Shown here: in pieces, positions 47,541-55,444 of the stretch | How the letters are laid out: every line of letters starts with the position of its first letter | Position numbering within the stretch: position 1 is the first letter of the stretch | Origin: Desulfobacca sp. 4484_104 | Lineage (GTDB): Bacteria; Desulfobacterota; Desulfobaccia; Desulfobaccales; Desulfobaccaceae | Length of the DNA: 64,000 bases | NCBI GenBank assembly: GCA_002049795.1 | Contig: MUKC01000009.1 | Location: 6,721-70,720 of the forward strand | Direction: 5' to 3' | The notes under the pieces: model-generated | The model's input: only the letters and a program-made list of their open reading frames with translations | Databases searched by the model: none | Told to the model about the DNA's origin: nothing | Program-made: the position numbers and the translations under genes

Positions 47541-49856
47541 TTATCGGCGACGCCAAACCGGGCCCTGGGGAGTATCAATCACTTCAATGCCCTGTTCGGC
47601 CAGTTCCTGACGGAGTTGATCGGCCTGGGGCCAATCCCGTTGGCGCCGGGCGGCCTCGCGGGCCTGGATTTTAGCGTCGATAGCTGCATCTTGGGCCGTC
47701 TCCGGGAAATTCATGACCCCCAACACCCCATCCAGTTCCTGGAACCGGCCCATGATGGTCTGAGCACCATCCTGGTCGAGACGGTTATGGTCAATCAGCC
47801 CGTGAACCTTATTCAGAAAGCCAAAGATCACCGCCAAGGCCTGAGAAATGTTTAGGTCATCATCCAGGGCCGCGTTAAAATCCTTCTTCAATTTAAACAG
47901 GAGCTGATCCAGGTCCGGGAACCCCCGCCCGGCCGGGAGGTGGCCCAAACGGTCCAGGAAGAAGTCGAGGCGACGGCGGGCCCGCGCCGCGGCGTGGAGG
48001 GCGTCGAGACTGAGCTGGAGGGGCTTGCGATAGTGCGTCGTCATCAGGAAATAACGTATATCCTCCCCCTGAAAGCCCTGCTCCAGAAGTTCCCGCACCG
48101 TACTTAGTTCCTGCCCTTCCTGCAGTTTGCGGCCATCCGAGAGTAGTCGTTCGCTGTGCAGCCAGTGCCGCACCAGCGGTTTGCCAGTGGCGGCGGTACA
48201 GATGGCGGTGACGTTATCATGGTGGGGAAAGATCTGTTCCAAGCCGCCGGTATAGATATCAATGGTATCTCCCAGGTGTTTCAAGGCGATCGCCGCACAT
48301 TCCAGGTGCCAGCCGGGACGGACGTTGCCCCACGCGGTGGCAAAATAAAGGCCGCGTTTCAATTCCCCCAGTTTGGCCCTTTTGAGCAGGGTGAAATCCC
48401 GCGGGTTGTCCTTTTCATACTCGTCCAGATCTACGGTTTTACCGACGCGGATCTTACTCAGATCAATTCGGGAGAGTTTGCCATATTCCTTAAAGCGCGA
48501 AATATCGAAATAAACCGAGCGCAGTTTTTCATAGGCGTAACCGCGATCCATCAACCGGCGGGTCAGGGCCAACATATCATTAATATGCTCAGTAGCCCGC
48601 GCATAGGCCGTAGCTGGCTTTAATCTCAAGGCCGCGAGATCCTTAAATAATTCTTGGGCATAATGCTGGGTGAATTCCGTTAACGGCTTTCCGGCCGCAG
48701 CCGCCCCCTGAATGGTTTTATCGTCCAAATCAATCAGGTTTACCACCTGGCGGATGGCCCAGCCCTGGTATTCCAGGTAACGCCGCAGTAAATCTACCAT
48801 GATCAAGCGCCGCGCCCCCATCAGGGAAAGGTGAGCATTCATAGTGGGGCCATCCGTGTAGACGGTTACTTCTCCCGGCTTCAGGGGAATAAAGGCCTCT
48901 TTCTGACGGCTCAGGGTATTGTAGAAACGCAGCGTCGGCTTTTCTTGCTCGGCAAATAAGGGCGTCGAGAGATAGCGTTCCCCGCCGTCGGGGCAGATGG
49001 CGACAATCAGTCCTTCTTCCTGTTCCTGAGCGAGTTGCAAAGCAATAGCCACCGCCGCCCCTGAGCTCAGGCCCAAAAACATCCCTTCTTCGCGGGCCAG
49101 GCGGCGAGTAGTCGCAAAGGCTACTTCATCCTCAATATTGATGATGGCATCGGCCTGGGTTTTATCAAAAATGCCGGGTTTATAGGATTCCTTCATATTT
49201 TTGAGGCCCTGCAAGCCGTGGCCTAAATAAGGCTCCACCCCGATGATCTTTATCTCCGGGTTCAGCTCTTTCAATCGCCGATAAATGCCCATCAAGGTCC
49301 CGGTCGTCCCCATGGTAATCACTACCGTGGTGACCTGACCTTCGGTCTGCTCCCAGATTTCCTGGGCCGTGCCATAATAGTGCGCCAAGGGGTTGCTGGG
49401 ATTGTTGAACTGATCGGGCAGATAATATTTTTCGGGGTGTTCCCGGACCAGACTATAGACCTTTTCAATAGCGCCGTCAGTGCCTAAAGCCGCCGGAGTT
49501 AAAAGTATTTCCGCTCCCAGGGCCTTAAGGATGAGACGGCGCTCCTGGCTGGCCGATTCCGACATGGCCAGCACCAGGGGGTATCCTTTGACGGCACAGA
49601 CCAGAGCCAGGCCGATGCCGGTATTACCGCTGGTCGCCTCAATAACCGTCTTGCCGGGACTCAATTCCCCCCGGGCCTCGGCATCGTTGATCATGCTCCA
49701 GGCGACCCGATCTTTGATTGACCCGCCAGGGTTGAAACATTCGAGCTTGAGGTAGACTTCCACCCGGGGGTTGGGATTAAGGCGGTTGAGACGGACTAGC
49801 GGGGTGTGGCCGATTAACTCTAACAGGTTATTATAACAGTGGCGCATAAAGGCCAA
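47541..49856 (-). CDS. Fusion protein: CysM/CysK-like PLP cysteine synthase (aa 1-~300) plus cysteinyl-tRNA-synthetase-like domain with degenerate HIGH/KMSKS (aa ~307-771)
   Basis: The N-terminal part has GGSIKDR (PLP Lys), TSGNTG, GTTGT and LSSGAA. The C-terminal part is collinear with CysRS (LRFYNTLSRQKEAF..., GWHLECAAI, FPHHDN, DDDLN, ..DWPQADQLRQELAEQGIEVIDTPQGPVWRRR), but reads DGPTMNAHLSLMG in place of CGxTxYDxxHIGH and RKLQEG in place of KMSKS. The likely start is the ATG at 49847. Confidence 0.8.
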   Translation of the reverse strand: MAFMRHCYNNLLELIGHTPLVRLNRLNPNPRVEVYLKLECFNPGGSIKDRVAWSMINDAEARGELSPGKTVIEATSGNTGIGLALVCAVKGYPLVLAMSESASQERRLILKALGAEILLTPAALGTDGAIEKVYSLVREHPEKYYLPDQFNNPSNPLAHYYGTAQEIWEQTEGQVTTVVITMGTTGTLMGIYRRLKELNPEIKIIGVEPYLGHGLQGLKNMKESYKPGIFDKTQADAIINIEDEVAFATTRRLAREEGMFLGLSSGAAVAIALQLAQEQEEGLIVAICPDGGERYLSTPLFAEQEKPTLRFYNTLSRQKEAFIPLKPGEVTVYTDGPTMNAHLSLMGARRLIMVDLLRRYLEYQGWAIRQVVNLIDLDDKTIQGAAAAGKPLTEFTQHYAQELFKDLAALRLKPATAYARATEHINDMLALTRRLMDRGYAYEKLRSVYFDISRFKEYGKLSRIDLSKIRVGKTVDLDEYEKDNPRDFTLLKRAKLGELKRGLYFATAWGNVRPGWHLECAAIALKHLGDTIDIYTGGLEQIFPHHDNVTAICTAATGKPLVRHWLHSERLLSDGRKLQEGQELSTVRELLEQGFQGEDIRYFLMTTHYRKPLQLSLDALHAAARARRRLDFFLDRLGHLPAGRGFPDLDQLLFKLKKDFNAALDDDLNISQALAVIFGFLNKVHGLIDHNRLDQDGAQTIMGRFQELDGVLGVMNFPETAQDAAIDAKIQAREAARRQRDWPQADQLRQELAEQGIEVIDTPQGPVWRRR

Positions 49857-49861
49857 TTCCT

Positions 49862-49896
49862 GGATTTCTTAGTTTCGAGTTTTTAGTTGCTGGTTT
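49862..49896 (-). repeat. A/C-rich heptad-phased tract in the leader of the cysM-cysS-like gene
   Basis: Minus strand: aaaccag|caactaa|aaactcg|aaactaa|gaaatcc, ending just before AGGA and the start codon. It shares AAACTCGAAACT with 5336-5347. Confidence 0.5.
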
Positions 49897-50008
49897 TATG
49901 AGATACCCTTAATCAATAATTTGCCAGAGAAAGCGCGGCAACTAGTGGTTGTGGTGCTTGCCAACTCTGGCTAAAACCGCTGGTTGGCCTCAGACACCCA
50001 AATTATGC

Positions 50009-50245
50009 TTAGCACAAAGTGCCAGCCAGGTGCTGATTAACCAATTGGACCACGGAAAGGGTAAAGAGTCGTTGCGCTTCGGGATTGTCATCCAGGGCCT
50101 GCAGTAGGCGGTGCATTAGCGCAATGATTATAGTCCCTGCTTCCTGGGGGTTGATTCCTTCTTCATTAAAACGTGCCAAGATCTCGTTGACCAAAGGGCG
50201 GACTCGTTCCGCCAGCTCAATTTCCGAAGATTGTTCCACATCCAT
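50009..50245 (-). CDS. Hypothetical small acidic helical protein
   Basis: 78-aa ORF with protein-like composition. No motif recognised. Confidence 0.4.
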   Translation of the reverse strand: MDVEQSSEIELAERVRPLVNEILARFNEEGINPQEAGTIIIALMHRLLQALDDNPEAQRLFTLSVVQLVNQHLAGTLC

Positions 50246-50395
50246 GATTTATTCCTTTACCTGTCTGACATGATTTAATCCGGCCACCTTAAGCACCGAG
50301 ATTACCCCGCGGTTGACAAGGGACGCTGCTCGATAAATGTAAATTATCATTTTAGCGAGAAAATTACCATAGGATATTGATAATTGCAAATCAGG

Positions 50396-50424
50396 TTGGC
50401 AACCACTGACGGCTCAAGTATAAT
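50396..50424 (+). promoter_or_regulatory. Candidate strong sigma70 promoter upstream of the rmlA-like gene
   Basis: TTGGCA (50396-50401), 17-nt spacer, consensus TATAAT (50419-50424). It implies a leader of about 220 nt. Confidence 0.5.
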
Positions 50425-50522
50425 ACCAATATAGTATCATCAATCAATCCGATCCAGATTCATTGCCTTTAAGGGGTTAAAGCGCGGTCTAGGTGCTGTT
50501 GAACCTTGAAGTTGCAAAAAAA

Positions 50523-50598
50523 AGTTTTCCCTATGCTTCCATACAGTGGAAACCCATGTCTCTGGTCTATACTCTCACCCGGGGCGGGGGAGTTTCCG
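50523..50598. repeat. Possible partial copy of the palindromic element family
   Basis: GTTTTCCCT...CTCTCACCCGGGGCGGGGGAGTTTCCG. The 13-mer GGGGGAGTTTCCG (50586-50598) is identical to 45259-45271. Confidence 0.35.
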
Positions 50599-50650
50599 AA
50601 AGATTTCTACCTAAACAACCACAGCGGTTAACCACAGGAGCACAGAAGCA

Positions 50651-51715
50651 ATGAAAGGACTGATACTTAGTGGTGGCAAAGGGACTCGTTTGCGTCCCCT
50701 GACCTATACGGCGGCTAAACAACTGGTCCCGGTCGCCAATAAAGCCATCCTGTTCTATGTGATTGAAAATCTGATCCATGCCGGGATCCAGGATTTGGGG
50801 ATCATTATTTCTCCGGAGACCGGGGTCTTGGTCCAAGAGGCTATCGGCAACGGTACCCGCTGGGGGGTCAATGTTAGTTATATCGTTCAATCCGAACCGG
50901 CGGGGTTGGCTCACGCAGTCAGCACCGCCCGTGAGTTTTTGGGGGATGAACCCTTTGTGATGTACCTGGGAGATAACCTGATCGGCAGCCGGATCAATGG
51001 CTTGATTGAAACCTTTAGTCAGAGTCAGGTGGATGCCTTGATTCTGCTCAAAGAGGTCCAGAATCCCTGTCAATTTGGCATTGCTGAGGTAGATGCCCAG
51101 GGCTGTCTGGTCCGGTTGGTAGAGAAACCCCAGAATCCTACCTCTAACTTGGCCCTGGTCGGGGTCTATATTTTCTCACCGGTGATCCATGAAGCCATTG
51201 CGGGGTTGACCCCTTCCTGGCGGGGAGAACTGGAAATCACCGATGCCATCCAAAGATTACTGGAGTCAGGCCGGGCGGTGACCAGCTACCGACTCGATGC
51301 GTGGTGGCTGGATACCGGGAAAAAAGACGACCTGTTAACCGCCAATACCATTGTTCTGGACGAATGGGCGCGGCGAGATCTGCAAGGGGAGATCGATGAT
51401 CAGAGCCAGATCAGCGGTCGGGTCAGCATCGCTCCCGGTTCCCGGATCATCAATTCGACGCTGCGCGGTCCGATTGTGATCGGCGCTAATTGCCTGATTA
51501 AGGACAGCTTCATCGGCCCCTTTACCAGCATCGGAGATCACTCCCGGATAGAGAGTTCGGCGATTGAACATTCGGTGATTCTCAATGAGGTGCACATCCA
51601 ACAGATTGACCGCTTGGAAGACAGTCTTATCGGTAAAAATGCCCGGTTGGCTCGCCATGAACAGCATCGCTGTTTACGGCTGATGATTAGCGATGATTCC
51701 GTGGTAGAATTTTAA
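50651..51715 (+). CDS. Glucose-1-phosphate thymidylyl/nucleotidyltransferase, long form with C-terminal left-handed beta-helix
   Basis: MKGLILSGGKGTRLRPLTYTAAKQL signature and a C-terminal hexapeptide-repeat region. 354 aa. Confidence 0.85.
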   Translation: MKGLILSGGKGTRLRPLTYTAAKQLVPVANKAILFYVIENLIHAGIQDLGIIISPETGVLVQEAIGNGTRWGVNVSYIVQSEPAGLAHAVSTAREFLGDEPFVMYLGDNLIGSRINGLIETFSQSQVDALILLKEVQNPCQFGIAEVDAQGCLVRLVEKPQNPTSNLALVGVYIFSPVIHEAIAGLTPSWRGELEITDAIQRLLESGRAVTSYRLDAWWLDTGKKDDLLTANTIVLDEWARRDLQGEIDDQSQISGRVSIAPGSRIINSTLRGPIVIGANCLIKDSFIGPFTSIGDHSRIESSAIEHSVILNEVHIQQIDRLEDSLIGKNARLARHEQHRCLRLMISDDSVVEF

Positions 51716-51777
51716 CATTATTATCTATCCGAGATCTGATAGCCCGGCGTTAAACTTACCGGCTTCGATTAATAAGG

Positions 51778-51975
51778 ATGAGCCCGGAGGTACTAATGGA
51801 CAAAGTAGAAGATCTTGTTGCCCGTCGAGAAGACCAGCGCATCCCCCACCAAACCTTACTTGAAGAAGAAGGTCTGTCAGCGAAACCTCAGATGGCACGT
51901 TTAAAGGCTGAGAACCTTGCCATACGTCAGGAAAACCAATTTTTGCAGGAAAAATTGGCCAGTTGTCAGGAATAA
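51778..51975 (+). CDS. Hypothetical coiled-coil protein; the frame continues past an in-frame TAA to 52104
   Basis: 65 aa ending ..QFLQEKLASCQE*. The next 42 in-frame codons (CRQLEQEQAYVEQLFNKYQKLIKELGNLL...) continue the heptad-like character. Confidence 0.4.
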   Translation: MSPEVLMDKVEDLVARREDQRIPHQTLLEEEGLSAKPQMARLKAENLAIRQENQFLQEKLASCQE

Positions 51976-52340
51976 TGCCGTCAACTGGAACAAGAACAAG
52001 CCTACGTCGAGCAACTTTTTAACAAATATCAAAAGCTTATTAAAGAGTTGGGTAATCTTTTGACCTCCTTTTCACCCTCCTCTGCTTCTGACCTGCCTGA
52101 CTAAAGCCAAACTCAGGGTAATGTACAGATTTTTGAACGTGATGTGCGAATAAGCAAACAAAGTTAAGGCCGTACTCCATCTTTAGCTCCCAATAAGCCT
52201 TGATTATTCAAGCCGATCTGGGTCTGGTTTAATTGGTATACGAATTGCATTAATAAAAGGCAAAAAAGTAAGAGAATAAAATAATGTGCAAAAAGCTGAA
52301 TAAATTCCAGGGATCTAAGATAACCAAAAGAAGTGATGAC

Positions 52341-52619
52341 ATGCCTTACGTGGCAGGCCGCTTCGATGTCCAAGCAGTCCAACTTCAGATTAACAAGGCA
52401 AGAGAACTGATGGATAAGGGCTACCCGCGGGAGGCATTGATCCAGTATCTGCAAGCCTTGGAGTATTCTTTGCATGAGCTTAGAACCAATCTGTGCGCAA
52501 TTCAAGAAATCTTGGGCCGGCTACAATATCTCCGTAAGGTTCAAGCCCGGCGCCCCAGGGTAAGCCGTATATGGGAAGAATTATATTTTGATCGATCCCC
52601 CAACCCTCCGTTGAATTAA
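52341..52619 (+). CDS. Hypothetical protein
   Basis: MPYVAGRFDVQAVQLQINKARELMDKGYPREALIQYLQALEYSL... is helical and protein-like. The overlapping minus-strand ORF 52164-52505 looks less protein-like. Confidence 0.35.
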   Translation: MPYVAGRFDVQAVQLQINKARELMDKGYPREALIQYLQALEYSLHELRTNLCAIQEILGRLQYLRKVQARRPRVSRIWEELYFDRSPNPPLN

Positions 52620-52720
52620 CTTCCAACCACAATCAATCCTTAATGCGGGGGCCAGATTTTTTGGCCCCTCCCTCCTTCTAGAGCGATTGATTTGCTCCCC
52701 GGGCAGGATAAATTTAATGT

Positions 52721-53233
52721 ATGTCGGTTCATCTCATCATAGACGGTTACAACCTTATTCGCCAATCTCCAGAGTTGCTGGCTTTTGAGGCCCAGGATCT
52801 GCAATCCGGGCGACAGGCCTTGCTGCAGAAACTGGCAGCTTATCGTCAGGTCCGGCCTCATCCTATCACGGTGGTTTTCGATGGCTGGAAGTCCGGGGAG
52901 TTGACCGAGGATCGGGACCGCTATCAAGGCATCCTGATCATCTATTCCCGCCGGGGTGAACCGGCCGATGAGGTAATTAAACGCTTGGCAGTGCGCGAAG
53001 GGATGCGCGCCCTGGTAGTGTCCTCGGATCGGGAAATTCTTGAATACGTTGAACAACATGGCTCTACGGCCATATCCGTCCCCGAATTTGAGTCCCGTTT
53101 ACACCTGGTCGTGGACGGCTACGACGACCTTAATGATGAGGAAGTCGCCATCCGACATACCCGGAAAAAAGGCCCGGCCCATCGCGCCCCCAAAAAGCAA
53201 CGGCGACAGCGGCAAAGGCTGAGGAAAATTTAA
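52721..53233 (+). CDS. NYN-domain protein, YacP/Rae1-like ribonuclease family
   Basis: LIIDGYNLIR start, VVFDG, VVSSDREI and a basic C-terminal tail. 170 aa. Confidence 0.75.
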   Translation: MSVHLIIDGYNLIRQSPELLAFEAQDLQSGRQALLQKLAAYRQVRPHPITVVFDGWKSGELTEDRDRYQGILIIYSRRGEPADEVIKRLAVREGMRALVVSSDREILEYVEQHGSTAISVPEFESRLHLVVDGYDDLNDEEVAIRHTRKKGPAHRAPKKQRRQRQRLRKI

Positions 53234-53291
53234 GGTTCTTTTAAGAATCCGCTTATCCACCACTTCTGCAGTTTTGCTTTAAGACCTCTAT

Positions 53292-54638
53292 TCAGCTAAT
53301 TTTTTTGTCTAATTGCAGGTGAAGCATGATATTGAGAAGGGCTGTATCCATGGGGGCTAAGCCTTCCCGGCAGAGCTTGACCAAATGACGGATGGTGGCT
53401 TCGGCGGTTGCACCGATGAACCCCTCCTGGGCTCTGACTACCGTGCCCGCCAGAGCCAGGAGTGCGTTTCTGACCGCCGCCATTACCGCGCCGCTGACTT
53501 TCAGGGCGCAGCCGGTTTTGGCGCCGTCACAGATGATCGTGGCCACGGTGGCGAGATGATTGGTAATGCCCCCGCCGATCTGCTCGACGGTGCCGCTCCG
53601 GAGGTAGGTCACGCCCGCCGCTACGCCGGCCCCGCCGGCTACACTGCTGCTGCACAGGGCGCTTAAACGGCCTATCCGGGCGGTGATATAACAGGCCACC
53701 AGATAGCTTAAAGTTACGGCGCGGAGCAGCCGCGGGCGGTCGCCATCCCCGGTAAAATTGCTCGCCGCAACCAGCGGCAGGCTGGCGGCCAGTCCCAGGT
53801 TGCCGCTCCCGGCCAGGGTCATCGCCGGCAGCGTAATCCCAGCCATCCGGGCGTCAATGGCCGCGGCGGTCAGGATTCCGGCCTCAACTGCCAGATCTCG
53901 ATGGATGACTCCCTGGTGTACCAGGCGCTCCAGGGCCTGGCCCACCCCCAGGCCCGGACCGTGTTCCCGGCCATATGCGGCCAACACCTGGTTCATCTCA
54001 ATGCCTTGCTGGATATAAGCCAGGTCATCCGGGTCCAGTCCGTCCAGCAGGCCCACCATCTCATCCAGCGATAGGGAAATCAGCCAGCGCTCCAGTTCCG
54101 CAATGCTCTGATCCGGCTCTGCTGCCCGGCGCAGCAGGGGATGGTTTTCTTGGGACTGGCCATCTAGAGTAAGGGAAACAATATGATCGTGCTGGCCAGT
54201 GATGGTCGCGGCGGCTTTATGGCGTGCAGCGCAAATCACGGTTTGGACATAAAGTCCCACCTGCCCCTCTAAGATGGCTGTCGAGACTTTACCTGTAGTT
54301 AATAACTGTTGGGCCTGTTCTAGGACCGCGGCGTCCACCGTACTAAAAACCTGGAGCTTGAGGTTAGGATCACCGGCTACGGCTCCGAGTGCGGCGGCCA
54401 AACCGATGCCGCCGGCCCCAGCCGTCCCCGGAATAATGACCCCCATGGCGTTTTTGTAAAGATTAGGGTCCATCGTGACTTTAATGCTATCAAAGTCCTT
54501 GCTGGGTAAAAGCGCGGCTGCAGCTGCAGCACTAAGACCGATGGCCGCGGGGTCGGTGCAGCCCAACCCTGGTTCAGTTTCCAATTGGATCAGGGCCTGG
54601 GCTCGATCATGCAACAGGGTTTTGATAGCAAAACTCAC
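53292..54638 (-). CDS. cyuA: L-cysteine desulfidase family protein (UPF0597/YhaM-CyuA-like)
   Basis: GCTDPAAIG, DARMAGITLPAMTLAGSGNLG and ICDGAKTGCALKV motifs as in YhaM. GTG start. 448 aa. Confidence 0.75.
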   Translation of the reverse strand: MSFAIKTLLHDRAQALIQLETEPGLGCTDPAAIGLSAAAAAALLPSKDFDSIKVTMDPNLYKNAMGVIIPGTAGAGGIGLAAALGAVAGDPNLKLQVFSTVDAAVLEQAQQLLTTGKVSTAILEGQVGLYVQTVICAARHKAAATITGQHDHIVSLTLDGQSQENHPLLRRAAEPDQSIAELERWLISLSLDEMVGLLDGLDPDDLAYIQQGIEMNQVLAAYGREHGPGLGVGQALERLVHQGVIHRDLAVEAGILTAAAIDARMAGITLPAMTLAGSGNLGLAASLPLVAASNFTGDGDRPRLLRAVTLSYLVACYITARIGRLSALCSSSVAGGAGVAAGVTYLRSGTVEQIGGGITNHLATVATIICDGAKTGCALKVSGAVMAAVRNALLALAGTVVRAQEGFIGATAEATIRHLVKLCREGLAPMDTALLNIMLHLQLDKKIS

Positions 54639-54828
54639 ACATGATTTTTCGATTTGAAAAAAAGTTGGTGGCTAACATTATCATAAACCCTAAGAAGGCA
54701 TGGTTGAAAGACTTTTCGAAAAATTAGACTGCAATATGGCCCCTGCTTAAGGCTCAAAATTGCTTCCCTGGCCTGATTTAGCCGATCTGAGCCGGAAAAT
54801 CTGTTTATAATGGATAAGTATTTATTTT

Positions 54829-54855
54829 AACTTGCAACTTGCAACTTGCAACTTA
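54829..54855 (+). repeat. AACTTGC heptamer tandem repeat (3.9 units) in the cyuA / archease-rtcB divergent spacer
   Basis: aacttgc aacttgc aacttgc aactta. Each unit contains a TTGCAA -35-like hexamer, and TATATT follows 16-17 nt after the penultimate one. Confidence 0.8.
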
Positions 54856-54955
54856 ACTCTTATATTTAATTAAGGTTGCATCATACCAGGAGATCTGTCA
54901 AATTTAAGATAAAGTTAACCAATTTTTAACCACACCGCTCGCCGGAACGAGGTTC

Positions 54956-55408
54956 ATGCTGATAGTTAATAACTCTGATCCTCACAAATCCAAATCGGGT
55001 TATCGTCTGATAGCTCATAGCGCGGATTTGGGCTTCCGACTGTATGGCGAGAGTCTGGCTGATATTTTTGTCAATGCTGCCCACGCCTTGTACGGGGTCA
55101 TGACCGATCGCCGTAAAATCCGGGGCTTAGAGTGCCGAGAGGTAGTGGTTGAGGCCCCCGATGTGGGAGACCTGCTGGTAGAGTGGCTCAATCAGTTATT
55201 ATATCTTTTTGATGCTACCGGCTTTCTGGGACGAGACATAGAGGTTCAGGAGATCACTTCTCAGCGGCTTCAGGCCAGGCTGCGGGGGGAACCTTTAGAT
55301 GAGGAACGCCATCAACTCAACACCGGCATTAAGGCGGCAACCTATCATAACCTGGAGTTCAAGGAGACCGCCGACGGTTGGCAGGCTAAAATTATTCTCG
55401 ATATTTAG
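54956..55408 (+). CDS. Archease (RtcB activator)
   Basis: YRLIAHSADLGFRLYGESLADIF..IKAATYHNLEF is archease-like. It lies directly upstream of rtcB. Confidence 0.8.
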   Translation: MLIVNNSDPHKSKSGYRLIAHSADLGFRLYGESLADIFVNAAHALYGVMTDRRKIRGLECREVVVEAPDVGDLLVEWLNQLLYLFDATGFLGRDIEVQEITSQRLQARLRGEPLDEERHQLNTGIKAATYHNLEFKETADGWQAKIILDI

Positions 55409-55444
55409 ATAAGTTGACTTAAGCACAGCTGCGTTTAATAAATT

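Noticed and set aside
52164-52505. 113-aa minus-strand ORF overlapping the 52284-52619 plus-strand ORF
   Set aside because: It has an odd Cys/Leu/Gln-rich composition and sits in an AT-rich region. The plus-strand frame from Met 52341 is more protein-like, although it too is only a low-confidence call.
54660-54955. Sigma54 promoter / RtcR-type control of rtcB
   Set aside because: TTGCA words are abundant because of the heptamer repeat, but no TGGCAC-type -24 element lies at the required spacing, and no rtcR is present.
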